Source of the DNA: Gemmatimonadota bacterium
GTDB taxonomy: Bacteria > Gemmatimonadota > Gemmatimonadetes > Longimicrobiales > Gaopeijiaceae
Direction: 5' to 3'
NCBI GenBank assembly: GCA_009838975.1
Contig: VXQO01000143.1
Location: 8,764-72,763 of the forward strand
Length of the DNA: 64,000 nucleotides
This document shows positions 54,668 through 62,869 of the stretch, in pieces (position 1 is the first letter of the stretch; each line of letters opens with the position of its first letter). Made by a program: the position numbers and the translations under genes. Below the pieces are notes generated by a model that was given only the letters and a program-made list of their open reading frames with translations, was not told where the DNA came from and made no database searches.

Positions 54668-54985
54668 CTACAGAGAGACGGAGAGGGGAGGAGCGCGGCT
54701 CCGGTGGGGAGAGCATTGGAGGGCCGAAGGGACCAGCCGGTGTCCGGCGATCGCGGGAGCCTGAAGCAGGCTCGGACCAGTGATACCCGGTGTATGCGAT
54801 CCGGGCGTGTGGCCGGGTGTCTTCGCGAGCTGGCATACGGAACACTCCGCAGCCAACTCGGCCTCGCCCTCGTGCGAGTGGGAGATCTGCACGACGGAGA
54901 CGACGAGTAGCGAGAGGGAGACGGCGATGCCGGTGAGCGCGCGCACGCGCCCCCGCATCCGCGCTGAATCAACCCGGTGGGCCAT
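54668..54985 (-). CDS. Small membrane-anchored His/Cys-rich protein (HxH, CxxC, HTPG x2), possibly DUF2946-like
   Basis: MAHRVDSARMRGRVRALTGIAVSLSLLVVSVVQISHSHEGEAELAAECSVCQLAKTPGHTPGSHTPG...SRAPPLSVSL. One TM/signal helix. GC3-rich at the 5' end. Lies between the Fur box and the TonB receptor. Not validated. Confidence 0.45.
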   Translation of the reverse strand: MAHRVDSARMRGRVRALTGIAVSLSLLVVSVVQISHSHEGEAELAAECSVCQLAKTPGHTPGSHTPGITGPSLLQAPAIAGHRLVPSALQCSPHRSRAPPLSVSL

Positions 54986-55055
54986 CAGCTCTCCCGTGCC
55001 GCTTCGTGGACCGGCGCGAGACCCCAAAGCGGAACCTACCGCGACGCGGACCTGA

Positions 55056-55094
55056 AATGAATTGTAATGATAATGATTTATCGATATCGGACAA
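55056..55094 (-). promoter_or_regulatory. Fur box overlapping a sigma70-like promoter (TTGTCC-N16-TATCAT) for the receptor/ABC operon
   Basis: The minus strand reads GATATCGATAAATCATTATC, against the E. coli Fur consensus GATAATGATAATCATTATC. That is 17 of 19 positions with one inserted A, including an exact AATCATTATC. The plus strand carries an exact TAATGATAAT. It is the most AT-rich island in the window. Confidence 0.6.
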
Positions 55095-55212
55095 GGGAGA
55101 TTTGGCTCACGGCCCTGGGGTGGCCGACAACCTCGGCAACTGGCCCGTCGCGTACACGCCACGCACCGACCGAAAGAGAATCAGCTCGTGCCTGTCGACC
55201 CGAAGAGGCAGG

Positions 55213-56664
55213 TCAGCTCACCCCGCGTTCACGGATCGCCTGCGCCGCGTCGACGATCAGCTCCCATGCCCTTTCGACGTGTTCCGCCTCCGTGTGGGAC
55301 TGGCCGACGCACAGCCGCAACACGAAGCGGCCGTTCAGCCTGGTGTGGGTGAGGAAGATCTTGCCGCCGCCGTTGATCTCGCTCATGATGCGCTCGTTCA
55401 GCCCGTCGCTCCCCAGGTGGCGAAAACACACGAGGTTGAGCGGCGTCGGCGCCACGACTTCGAAGTGGCGGTCAGCCTCGATCCACTCCGCCAGTCGCCG
55501 GGCCAGCTCGATGTGCCGGCGGATGTGGTACCGGAGGCCCTCGACACCGTAGTAGCGCAGGACGAACCAGAGTTTCAGCGCCCGGAAGCGACGGCCCAGC
55601 GGCACCTGCCAGTCCCTGTAGTCGAAGACAGTGCCGCTCCTTGTCGCTTCGTTCATCAGGTATTCCGGCAGAATCGACAGTGCTCCGATGAGCGCGGCGC
55701 GGTCGGCCACCCAGAAGCAGCTGCAATCGAAGTTCGTGAACATCCACTTGTGCGGATTGAAGCAGTAGCTGTCGGCGTATTCGAGACCCTCGTGGAGGTG
55801 GCGGTGTTCCGGGCAGATCGCCGCGGTGCCCGACATGGCCGCGTCGACGTGGAACCAGAGTCCCTCGTCTCGACAGATCCTGCCGATGGCGGCAATCGGG
55901 TCGATCGCGTTGGACGAGGTCGTGCCGAGCGTGGCGCAGACGAAGATCGGCCGCAGCCCGCCGGCTCTGTCGGCCTTGATCTGCGCCGCGAGTCTGGCTG
56001 GATCGAGAGCGAACCGCTCGTCCACTGCGATCTGCCGCAGGTTGGCGCGCCCGAGGCCGGCGACGCCCATCGCCTTCTCAAGCGACGAGTGCGCCTGCGT
56101 CGAGCAGTAGGCGACCTGTGTGCCGTCGCAGCCCTCCCGGTTCGTACGCAGCCCGGAATCCCGCTCCCGCGCCGCGATCAGGGCACACAGAACGGCGCTG
56201 GAAGCGGAATCCTGGATGACGCCGCCGCCGCTGCCCGTGGACCGGTACGCCTCCGGCAGGTCCAGGAGATCGGCAAGCATGTCCAGCACCCGGGTCTCGA
56301 CCTCGGTGCAGGCGGGACCTGTCGACCAGAGCATGCCCTGGATCCCGAGACCGGCTGAGAGCAGTTCGCCAAGGATGGCGGGGCCCGACGCGTTGCTGGG
56401 GAAGTAGGCGTGGAATCCGGGCGATTGCCAGTGCGTCATTCCGGGAAGGATCCGCTCCGTGGCGTCTCGGAGGATGGCGGTGAAACCCTCACCCTTTTCG
56501 GGAACCTCGTCGCCCACGGAGTCGCCGATCTCGCCGGGTCTCGCCCGCGACAGAACGGGATAACGGGCGACGTTCTCGTGGTAGTCCGCGATCCAGTCGA
56601 TCACTTCCCTCCCGTGCCGGCGGAAGTCCTCCGGCGACATGTGGTAACTCTTCTGTTCGGCCAT
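55213..56664 (-). CDS. Group II pyridoxal-dependent decarboxylase (aromatic-L-amino-acid/DDC-like)
   Basis: HWQSPGFHAYFP, GGGVIQDSASSA, FHVDAAMSGTA, and NPHKW (PLP lysine). Start taken as the ATG at 56664 (MAEQKSYHMSPEDFRRHG). Confidence 0.9.
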   Translation of the reverse strand: MAEQKSYHMSPEDFRRHGREVIDWIADYHENVARYPVLSRARPGEIGDSVGDEVPEKGEGFTAILRDATERILPGMTHWQSPGFHAYFPSNASGPAILGELLSAGLGIQGMLWSTGPACTEVETRVLDMLADLLDLPEAYRSTGSGGGVIQDSASSAVLCALIAARERDSGLRTNREGCDGTQVAYCSTQAHSSLEKAMGVAGLGRANLRQIAVDERFALDPARLAAQIKADRAGGLRPIFVCATLGTTSSNAIDPIAAIGRICRDEGLWFHVDAAMSGTAAICPEHRHLHEGLEYADSYCFNPHKWMFTNFDCSCFWVADRAALIGALSILPEYLMNEATRSGTVFDYRDWQVPLGRRFRALKLWFVLRYYGVEGLRYHIRRHIELARRLAEWIEADRHFEVVAPTPLNLVCFRHLGSDGLNERIMSEINGGGKIFLTHTRLNGRFVLRLCVGQSHTEAEHVERAWELIVDAAQAIRERGVS

Positions 56665-56785
56665 TTCGGTGCTTGTTTGCTGGGGGGGCGATGACGAATT
56701 CTGATTGCCAGCACAGAGTGCTAGCATTACACTGTCGGTACGCAGGATTTCTTGGGAGCGACGTTGAGCAGGAGGCCCTACGCCA

Positions 56786-57037
56786 GTGAGTTCAGCAATC
56801 ACGGTCCGACGAATCAACCCCGGTGACAAGGCCTGGCTGAAGGACGAAGCAAGGCGTGCCGGGCTTTCAATGGAGGAATTCGTACGCCGATTGATCAGCG
56901 AAAAACGCGAGTCGTCGCGCGCCCGGTTGAAGCCGTCCGAGACCTTCAAGCGATACTTCGGACCCGAGAACGGTGTGGAGTCGATCTCTCGCGGAAGCTA
57001 CGGCTACAGGCCCGTCGAATTCCGGGACGAGGAGTGA
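56786..57037 (+). CDS. vapB: RHH (FitA/StbC-like) antitoxin
   Basis: GTG start. ITVRRINPGDKAWLKDEARRAGLSMEEFVRRLI is an Arc/MetJ-type ribbon-helix-helix. Lies 6 nt upstream of the PIN gene. Confidence 0.75.
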   Translation: MSSAITVRRINPGDKAWLKDEARRAGLSMEEFVRRLISEKRESSRARLKPSETFKRYFGPENGVESISRGSYGYRPVEFRDEE

Positions 57038-57043
57038 GCGCCA

Positions 57044-57493
57044 GTGGCATGGTTGCTCGATACGAACGTCGTCTCGGAAATGATGCGACGCCACCCGGAG
57101 CCAAGGGTCGCGAGATTCCTCGATAGGGCGGGGAGGAATCGGCTCCACATCAGCGCGATCACGATCTGGGAGATACACAACGGGATTGGGCTACTGGACA
57201 GTCAGTCGCGCCGCGCCGATCTGGCTGCCCGCTTCGAGCAAGTCTTGAACGACACCTTCGAGGACAGGATTCTCCACTGGACGGCGGCCGACGCGCGGGA
57301 GTGCGCACGTGTGATGGAGAAAAGGCGTCGGTTGGGTGCGCCGCTGGACCAGCATCTGCCGGACGCCATGTTGGCCGCGTCGGCAGCGAGTCACAGCCTG
57401 ACGCTCGTCACGCGCAACACACGGGACTTCCGCCTCACCGACATCAAGGTGTTCAACCCGTGGAAGGACGTGTCCGGCCTCGGGCAAGACTAA
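57044..57493 (+). CDS. vapC: PIN-domain toxin VapC (FitB-like)
   Basis: MAWLLDTNVVSEMMR, ISAITIWEI, LPDAMLAASAASHSLTLVTRNTRDF. Confidence 0.85.
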   Translation: MAWLLDTNVVSEMMRRHPEPRVARFLDRAGRNRLHISAITIWEIHNGIGLLDSQSRRADLAARFEQVLNDTFEDRILHWTAADARECARVMEKRRRLGAPLDQHLPDAMLAASAASHSLTLVTRNTRDFRLTDIKVFNPWKDVSGLGQD

Positions 57494-57993
57494 TTCTCGC
57501 TGGCGCCTCTTTCGCGGTACCAGCCGAGGTGGCGACCGATCGGGATTCCCAGCAGCGGCCTCTGCACGACCATTCCCGCGTCGGTGAGCCCGGATTCGAG
57601 GCCGTAGTCGACGTAGTCCTTGCCGGCATGGACCTCGACGACCTTCCCTTCTACCGAAGGATACCTGCTCACAAGGGCATCAACGACTCTATGCGACCAC
57701 GCGCGCCGCTGCGCCGCTGGAAGGTCGCCCAGCGAGAGATCGTACCAGGCGATTCGGGTTTCCGGATTGACCAGACCGTACTTGGCGCTGAGGATGAACC
57801 AGGGGATTCCGGACTGCTCGGCGTACTTGCGGCGGCAACGCCAGAGGGCGGAAACGTACAGGTCCTTGGCGGCTACGCGGCTGGCCCACTCCAGCTTGCC
57901 CTTGACACAACCGATCAGCAGGATGTCCGGTCGGGCCACCCCCCCGCTGCCAGCGCGCGTCCCCTTCTCTGCCCCCTCGCGAAGTCCCTGCAT
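57490..57993 (-). CDS. Conserved hypothetical protein (DUF6884-like)
   Basis: LLIGCVKGKL...AKDLYVSALWRCRRKYAEQSGIPWFILSAKYGLVNPETRIAWYDLSL matches my recollection of the DUF6884 pattern. Start set at the internal ATG at 57993; the track ORF extends to 58143. The stop overlaps the convergent vapC stop (CTAA). Confidence 0.5.
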   Translation of the reverse strand: MQGLREGAEKGTRAGSGGVARPDILLIGCVKGKLEWASRVAAKDLYVSALWRCRRKYAEQSGIPWFILSAKYGLVNPETRIAWYDLSLGDLPAAQRRAWSHRVVDALVSRYPSVEGKVVEVHAGKDYVDYGLESGLTDAGMVVQRPLLGIPIGRHLGWYRERGASEN

Positions 57994-58141
57994 TTGGGCA
58001 CCGCTCCCTTCAAACGCCTGGCGCTGCTTCCGCCACAGATGTTTATTATAGCGTGCCGAAATCCGGTTGTACAGGGGGTCGAAAGTGGCCCCTGAAGCGT
58101 GTGCCGTTGCGCCCTCCGCCACGCCCGTGGATAATGGTATC

Positions 58142-60445
58142 ATGCGATATCACAAGCAGATAGCCCGTTGCGTCGCCGCGACGCTCTCCGTGGCCGGGCC
58201 GGCGGGCCCGGTTCCGGCCGGAAGTCAGGCCGTGGCACCCGCGGTCCTCTCTCCCTGTGACGACACGCCGCCGCCCGCTGGCGCCACGCTCACGCCGAGC
58301 CGCGACCTGTACTGCATCTTCCTCACCGCCAGGCCCGGCCTCGAGGCCATGTCGGGCCGTCTGGAATTGCGCACACCGCATTCTCCCTTCGGCGTGGCCG
58401 TCAACCCGGCGGGCAATCACCTCTACGAGGGGATCCTCACTCTCGAGGGGCTCCCGGATCCGGCCACGCTGGGCGAATACAATCACATCGTCGCGTGGCT
58501 GGCAACGCCTCTCTTCGACGAGATCGCCAGGATCGGTCCGGTGTCGAACGGGACGCAAAGCATCGGCGAGATCAGCCTGAACAAGTTCATGATCCTGGTG
58601 ACGGCGGAGGCGCGGCCTGACGCCCCGGAATGGGAGGGGCGGCTGCTTCTGCGCGCCACGTCTCCCAGCGCCCGCATGTCGCCGCCCGACATGCAGGAGT
58701 ACCTGCTCGGTGCGACCGGGACCGGCACCATGGCGGGCAGCGAGACGGGCGACATGGAGATGGCCGGCCACGCGGAGCACGGGGGGATGAGCGCAGGCGG
58801 CAACGGGACGTGGCCGCACCCCGAGATGATGCCCGGGCTCACCATGTTTCCCGCGCTCATGGCCCTCGATCCCCCCGGGGCCAGCGCGTTCCTGCCCGGT
58901 GCCGGGATCGACCCGGGAACGCTGCCGCTGGCGCGCCCGCGCGAAGTGGTCGAACTCGACGACGGCGACGAGGTCGACCTGGAGGCCGGACTGGTGCGGA
59001 GGCGCATCCGCAGCCGCGACTACGTCATGTACGGCTTCAACGGCCAGTATCCGGGGCCGCTCCTCTACGTGCCCGAGGCGGCCACGGTCACCGTGAACTT
59101 CACCAACTCGATCGCGTGGCCGACGACCATCCACTGGCATGGCCTGCGCCTCGACAACGCCTCCGACGGCGTGCCGGGCGTCACCCAGGATCCTGTCGAG
59201 CCCGGTGACACCTTCCGTTACGAGATCCACTTCGCGGACCCCGGACTGTACTGGTATCACCCGCACCACCGGGAAGACATCCTCAAGGACCTCGGCCTCT
59301 ACGGGAACATGCTGGTAGAGCCGCGCCGGCCCGACTACTACGCGCCCGCCGACCGCGAGGAGTTCCTCATGCTGGACGACTTCATGATGTCCGGCGACGA
59401 GCCCATGCCGTTCGGGATGGAGCGCGCCACGCACACCTTCATGGGCCGCTTCGGCAACCTCATGCTGGTCAACGGCGAGCCCGACTACGAACTGGAGGTC
59501 GGCGCGGGCGAGGTCGTGCGGCTGTACCTCACGAACGTGTCGAACACGCGCACCTTCAACCTGTCGTTCGAGGGGGTGGACGGGTCCGCGGAAGCCACGG
59601 CCGCACCCGTGCCCGCCGCGCCGCGCATCAAGGTCGTCGGCACCGACGTGGGCGCGTTCGAGCGCGAGGAATGGGTCGAGAGCATCGTGCTGAGCCCGGC
59701 CGAGCGGTACATCGTGCACGTACGGTTCGACGAGCCGGGCGAGTTCGCGCTGGTCAACCGCGTGCAGGGGATCGACCACCTCGCCGGCGCGTTCTTCCAG
59801 GAGAGGGACATGCTGGGTACGGTGCGCGTTGCGGCGTCCGGGCAGGCGCCCGACGCGGCGCTCGCTTCGCCCGTTTCAGCCGCCTTCGACACGCTCCGCA
59901 CCAACCTCCACGCCGCGCGCGAGATCGCGCTCTACCGCGAGTACTTCGACGCCCTGATCGACCACGAACTCACGTTCACCCTCCGGACGAACGACCTTCC
60001 GTTCATCGTCGACCGGTTGATGCGCTTCGATTCGGCGTATTTCCACCCGGTGGAGTGGAGCGGCACCATGCCGATGATGAACTGGAACGCCACCTCGGAC
60101 GAGGTGCAGTGGATCGTGCGCGATCCCGCCACGGGCGACGAGAACATGGACATCGCGTGGCGGTTCGAGGTGGGGGACGTGGTGAAGATCCGCCTGCACA
60201 ACGAGCGGCGGTCCTTCCACGCGATGCAACACCCCTTCCATATCCACGGGCAGCGGTTTCTCGTGCTCTCGCGCAACGGCGTGCCGAACGAGAACCTCGC
60301 GTGGAAGGACACGGTGTTGCTCCCTACCGGAACGACCACCGACATCCTCCTCGAAATCACGAATCCGGGCCCGTGGATGGCGCACTGCCACATTTCGGAG
60401 CACCTCGAGGCGGGCATGCGGATGCTCTTCACGGTCGATCCGTGA
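58142..60445 (+). CDS. Multicopper oxidase with ~265-aa N-terminal extension including a Met/His-rich segment
   Basis: Copper motifs HWHG, WYHPHH, HPFHIHG and HCHISEHLEAGM. Met/His-rich GTMAGSETGDMEMAGHAEHGGMSAGGNGTWPHPEMMPGLTMFPALM. Confidence 0.85.
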   Translation: MRYHKQIARCVAATLSVAGPAGPVPAGSQAVAPAVLSPCDDTPPPAGATLTPSRDLYCIFLTARPGLEAMSGRLELRTPHSPFGVAVNPAGNHLYEGILTLEGLPDPATLGEYNHIVAWLATPLFDEIARIGPVSNGTQSIGEISLNKFMILVTAEARPDAPEWEGRLLLRATSPSARMSPPDMQEYLLGATGTGTMAGSETGDMEMAGHAEHGGMSAGGNGTWPHPEMMPGLTMFPALMALDPPGASAFLPGAGIDPGTLPLARPREVVELDDGDEVDLEAGLVRRRIRSRDYVMYGFNGQYPGPLLYVPEAATVTVNFTNSIAWPTTIHWHGLRLDNASDGVPGVTQDPVEPGDTFRYEIHFADPGLYWYHPHHREDILKDLGLYGNMLVEPRRPDYYAPADREEFLMLDDFMMSGDEPMPFGMERATHTFMGRFGNLMLVNGEPDYELEVGAGEVVRLYLTNVSNTRTFNLSFEGVDGSAEATAAPVPAAPRIKVVGTDVGAFEREEWVESIVLSPAERYIVHVRFDEPGEFALVNRVQGIDHLAGAFFQERDMLGTVRVAASGQAPDAALASPVSAAFDTLRTNLHAAREIALYREYFDALIDHELTFTLRTNDLPFIVDRLMRFDSAYFHPVEWSGTMPMMNWNATSDEVQWIVRDPATGDENMDIAWRFEVGDVVKIRLHNERRSFHAMQHPFHIHGQRFLVLSRNGVPNENLAWKDTVLLPTGTTTDILLEITNPGPWMAHCHISEHLEAGMRMLFTVDP

Positions 60446-60475
60446 GGCGCGCTTGACCGACCCCCGCGCGGAACC

Positions 60476-61375
60476 GTGAGCAACCCCTGGCGGCGGGCCC
60501 ACCGGCGGGCGCTGAAGAACGGCGAGTCATCCTACATCGACCCGCAGACGGGCTTCCACGTCTTCACCGAGATCGGGCTGGCGCGGCGCGGGTGCTGCTG
60601 CGGCAGCGGATGCCGGCACTGTCCCTACCAGCACGAATCGATGTCCCTGGCCGACCGGGCCGCGCGCGGCAAGCAGCCGTCGTGGCTCACCGCCCACACC
60701 GCGCCCGCTGAGCCCGCCGACGTTCTCTTCTGGAGCGGCGGCAAGGACAGCTTTCTCGCCCTTCGCGCGCTCCACCGCGAGGGGCTCCACCCCATCGTGC
60801 TCCTGACCACCTTCGACGTGGCCACCCGCACCGTTGCGCACCAGGAGATCCACATCGACGCGGTGATCCGCCAGGCCGAGCACCTGGGCCTCCCCCTGCT
60901 CGGCGTGCCGCTTCATCCGGGCGAGACGTACATGGACCGGATCCGCACGGCCTGTGAACTCGTGCCCCGCATTGCCCGCCTCGTCTTCGGCGATCTGCAC
61001 CTGCTGCACATTCGCGAATGGCGCGGCGTGGCGTTCCGGGAGTTTGCCGCCGACCGTGGCGCCGCGCTGCACTTCCCCGTCTGGGGCGTGCCCTACGACA
61101 CCCTGATCACCGACCTCGAGGCGAGCGGCGCGACCTGCGAGGTCTCGGCCGTCACCGAGGCGGCGGAAGGCATCGTGGCGGTGGGCGAGCGCTTCGACCG
61201 CGCGATGATGGCGCGTTTGCCCGGGGGCATCGACCCATTCGGAGAGAACGGAGAGTTCCATACGCTGGTGAAGGTGTGGGAGGGGGCATCGCCGCAAGGC
61301 GCCGTTGCGACTACTGGCGCAGGGCCATCACACGGCACACAATGCAGGGGTGAAGGAGGGTCCGCCGCTTCCTGA
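60476..61375 (+). CDS. Fusion protein: Cys-rich DUF5522-like N-domain + Dph6/MJ0570-like PP-loop ATP pyrophosphatase domain
   Basis: YIDPQTGFHVFTEIGLARRGCCCGSGCRHCPY, then LFWSGGKDS (SGGxDS PP-loop) and ...FGDLHLLHIREWR...GENGEFHTLV. Confidence 0.7.
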   Translation: MSNPWRRAHRRALKNGESSYIDPQTGFHVFTEIGLARRGCCCGSGCRHCPYQHESMSLADRAARGKQPSWLTAHTAPAEPADVLFWSGGKDSFLALRALHREGLHPIVLLTTFDVATRTVAHQEIHIDAVIRQAEHLGLPLLGVPLHPGETYMDRIRTACELVPRIARLVFGDLHLLHIREWRGVAFREFAADRGAALHFPVWGVPYDTLITDLEASGATCEVSAVTEAAEGIVAVGERFDRAMMARLPGGIDPFGENGEFHTLVKVWEGASPQGAVATTGAGPSHGTQCRGEGGSAAS

Positions 61376-61415
61376 CGGGCCCGAGTCCGGTACTCCCGTC
61401 CTGGAGGCCCATGCC

Positions 61416-62855
61416 ATGGAGAAGTTGAAGCACCGCGCCGTCCCCGCGGCCGCCGCCCTGTTCCCGATCCTCCTGATCGCCGCGGCGCACCCCGCCGTGG
61501 CGCAGCGGCCCACCGAAGGCTCCGAAGCCGCCGCCTACGTCGCGGTGGACGCTGGCGCGGTCGCGCTGACCGGGGTGACGCTGCTGGACGGCACGGGCTC
61601 GCCCGCGCGCCCGGGCCAGACGGTCGTGATCGAGGGCACCCGCATCAGCGCGGTGGGCGCGGACGGCGCCGTGGACATCCCGGACGGGGCCGAGGTGATG
61701 GACCTCTCCGGGCACACCCTCATGCCGGGCATGGTCGGCCTTCACAACCACCTGTTCTACATGGCGGCGGGCGGCCGGATGCACCCCATGAGCTATACGG
61801 GCCAGCGACTCTACCTCGGCTCCGGGGTCACGACGATCCGGACGACCGGAAGCCTGGCGACCTACGCCGAACTCAACCTGAAGGACGAGATCGAGCGGGG
61901 CCTGCAGCCGGGGCCGCGGATCCACATCACCGCACCGTACATGACCGGGGACGAGAGCCTCAACATCATGACGCGGTTTCGCAGCCCCGAGCAGGCGCGC
62001 CGATTCGTGCGCTACTGGGCGGCGGAGGGCGCGACCTGGCTGAAGGCGTACACTACGATCAGCGGCGAGGATCTGGCCGCGGCGATCGACGAGGCGCACA
62101 GGCAGGGGCTCAAGGTGACCGGCCACCTGTGCTCGATCAGCTTCACCGAGGCGGTCGAACTGGGGATCGACAACATCGAACACGGGCTGGGGACGAACAG
62201 CGACTACGTGCCGGGCAAGGCGCAGGACGAGTGCCCGCCCGACCTGTGGGACCACGCGGAGGCGGTGGACGTGGAAGGCCCCGAGGTAGCCTCCACCTTC
62301 GACGCGATGATCGAGAATGACGTGGCGATGACCTCGACGCTGGCGGTGTACGAACTCTTCGTGCAGGGGCGGCCGACGCGTGATGAGCGCACGCTTCGCG
62401 CGATGGCGCCCTCGGTACGCGAGGACTACCTGGCCGCGAAGGCCGAGATCGACGAGATCGGGCGCCCGCCGGAGGGCTTCCTGAATGCGATGGCGTACGA
62501 GAAGGCGTTCCATGATCGGGGCGGAGTGCTGGCGGCCGGCGTCGACCCCACCGGAAACGGCGGCGCGCTCGCGGGCTACGGCGACCAGCGCAACTACGAG
62601 CTGTTCATCGAGGCCGGCTTCAGCCCCGAAGACGCGGTCAAGGTGCTGAGCGCGAACGGGGCCCGCGTGCTGGACGTGTTCGACGACCTGGGCACCGTCG
62701 AGGCGGGCAAGCTCGCGGACCTGGTGGTGATGAACGGCGACCTGACCGCGGATCCGTCGGTGATCCGCAACGTGACGCTGGTCTTCAAGGACGGCATCGG
62801 ATACGACTCCGTCGCCATGCTCGCGGATGTCGAGGGGCGGGTCGGGATCAACTAG
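61416..62855 (+). CDS. Secreted amidohydrolase-superfamily protein (tandem paralogue 1)
   Basis: GGAGG SD at 61403-61407. Signal MEKLKHRAVPAAAALFPILLIAAAHPAVAQ. PGMVGLHNHLF (HxH). C-terminal GKLADLVVMNGDL. Confidence 0.85.
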   Translation: MEKLKHRAVPAAAALFPILLIAAAHPAVAQRPTEGSEAAAYVAVDAGAVALTGVTLLDGTGSPARPGQTVVIEGTRISAVGADGAVDIPDGAEVMDLSGHTLMPGMVGLHNHLFYMAAGGRMHPMSYTGQRLYLGSGVTTIRTTGSLATYAELNLKDEIERGLQPGPRIHITAPYMTGDESLNIMTRFRSPEQARRFVRYWAAEGATWLKAYTTISGEDLAAAIDEAHRQGLKVTGHLCSISFTEAVELGIDNIEHGLGTNSDYVPGKAQDECPPDLWDHAEAVDVEGPEVASTFDAMIENDVAMTSTLAVYELFVQGRPTRDERTLRAMAPSVREDYLAAKAEIDEIGRPPEGFLNAMAYEKAFHDRGGVLAAGVDPTGNGGALAGYGDQRNYELFIEAGFSPEDAVKVLSANGARVLDVFDDLGTVEAGKLADLVVMNGDLTADPSVIRNVTLVFKDGIGYDSVAMLADVEGRVGIN

Positions 62856-62869
62856 AGGAGATAGCAGCG

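Noticed and set aside
54986-55162. Upstream part of the 164-aa ORF 54668-55162(-) (MACTRRASCRGCRPPQGREPNLPCPISINHYHYNSFQV...)
   Set aside because: It translates straight through the AT-rich Fur box/promoter, so it is non-coding. Only the downstream part, from the ATG at 54985, is considered a candidate gene.
58130-58151. Possible second Fur-like site GATAATGGTATCATGCGATATC overlapping the multicopper oxidase start codon
   Set aside because: Only the first 7 nt match the Fur consensus well, and the rest needs gaps. I treat it as AT-rich promoter or start-region sequence, not a confident operator.
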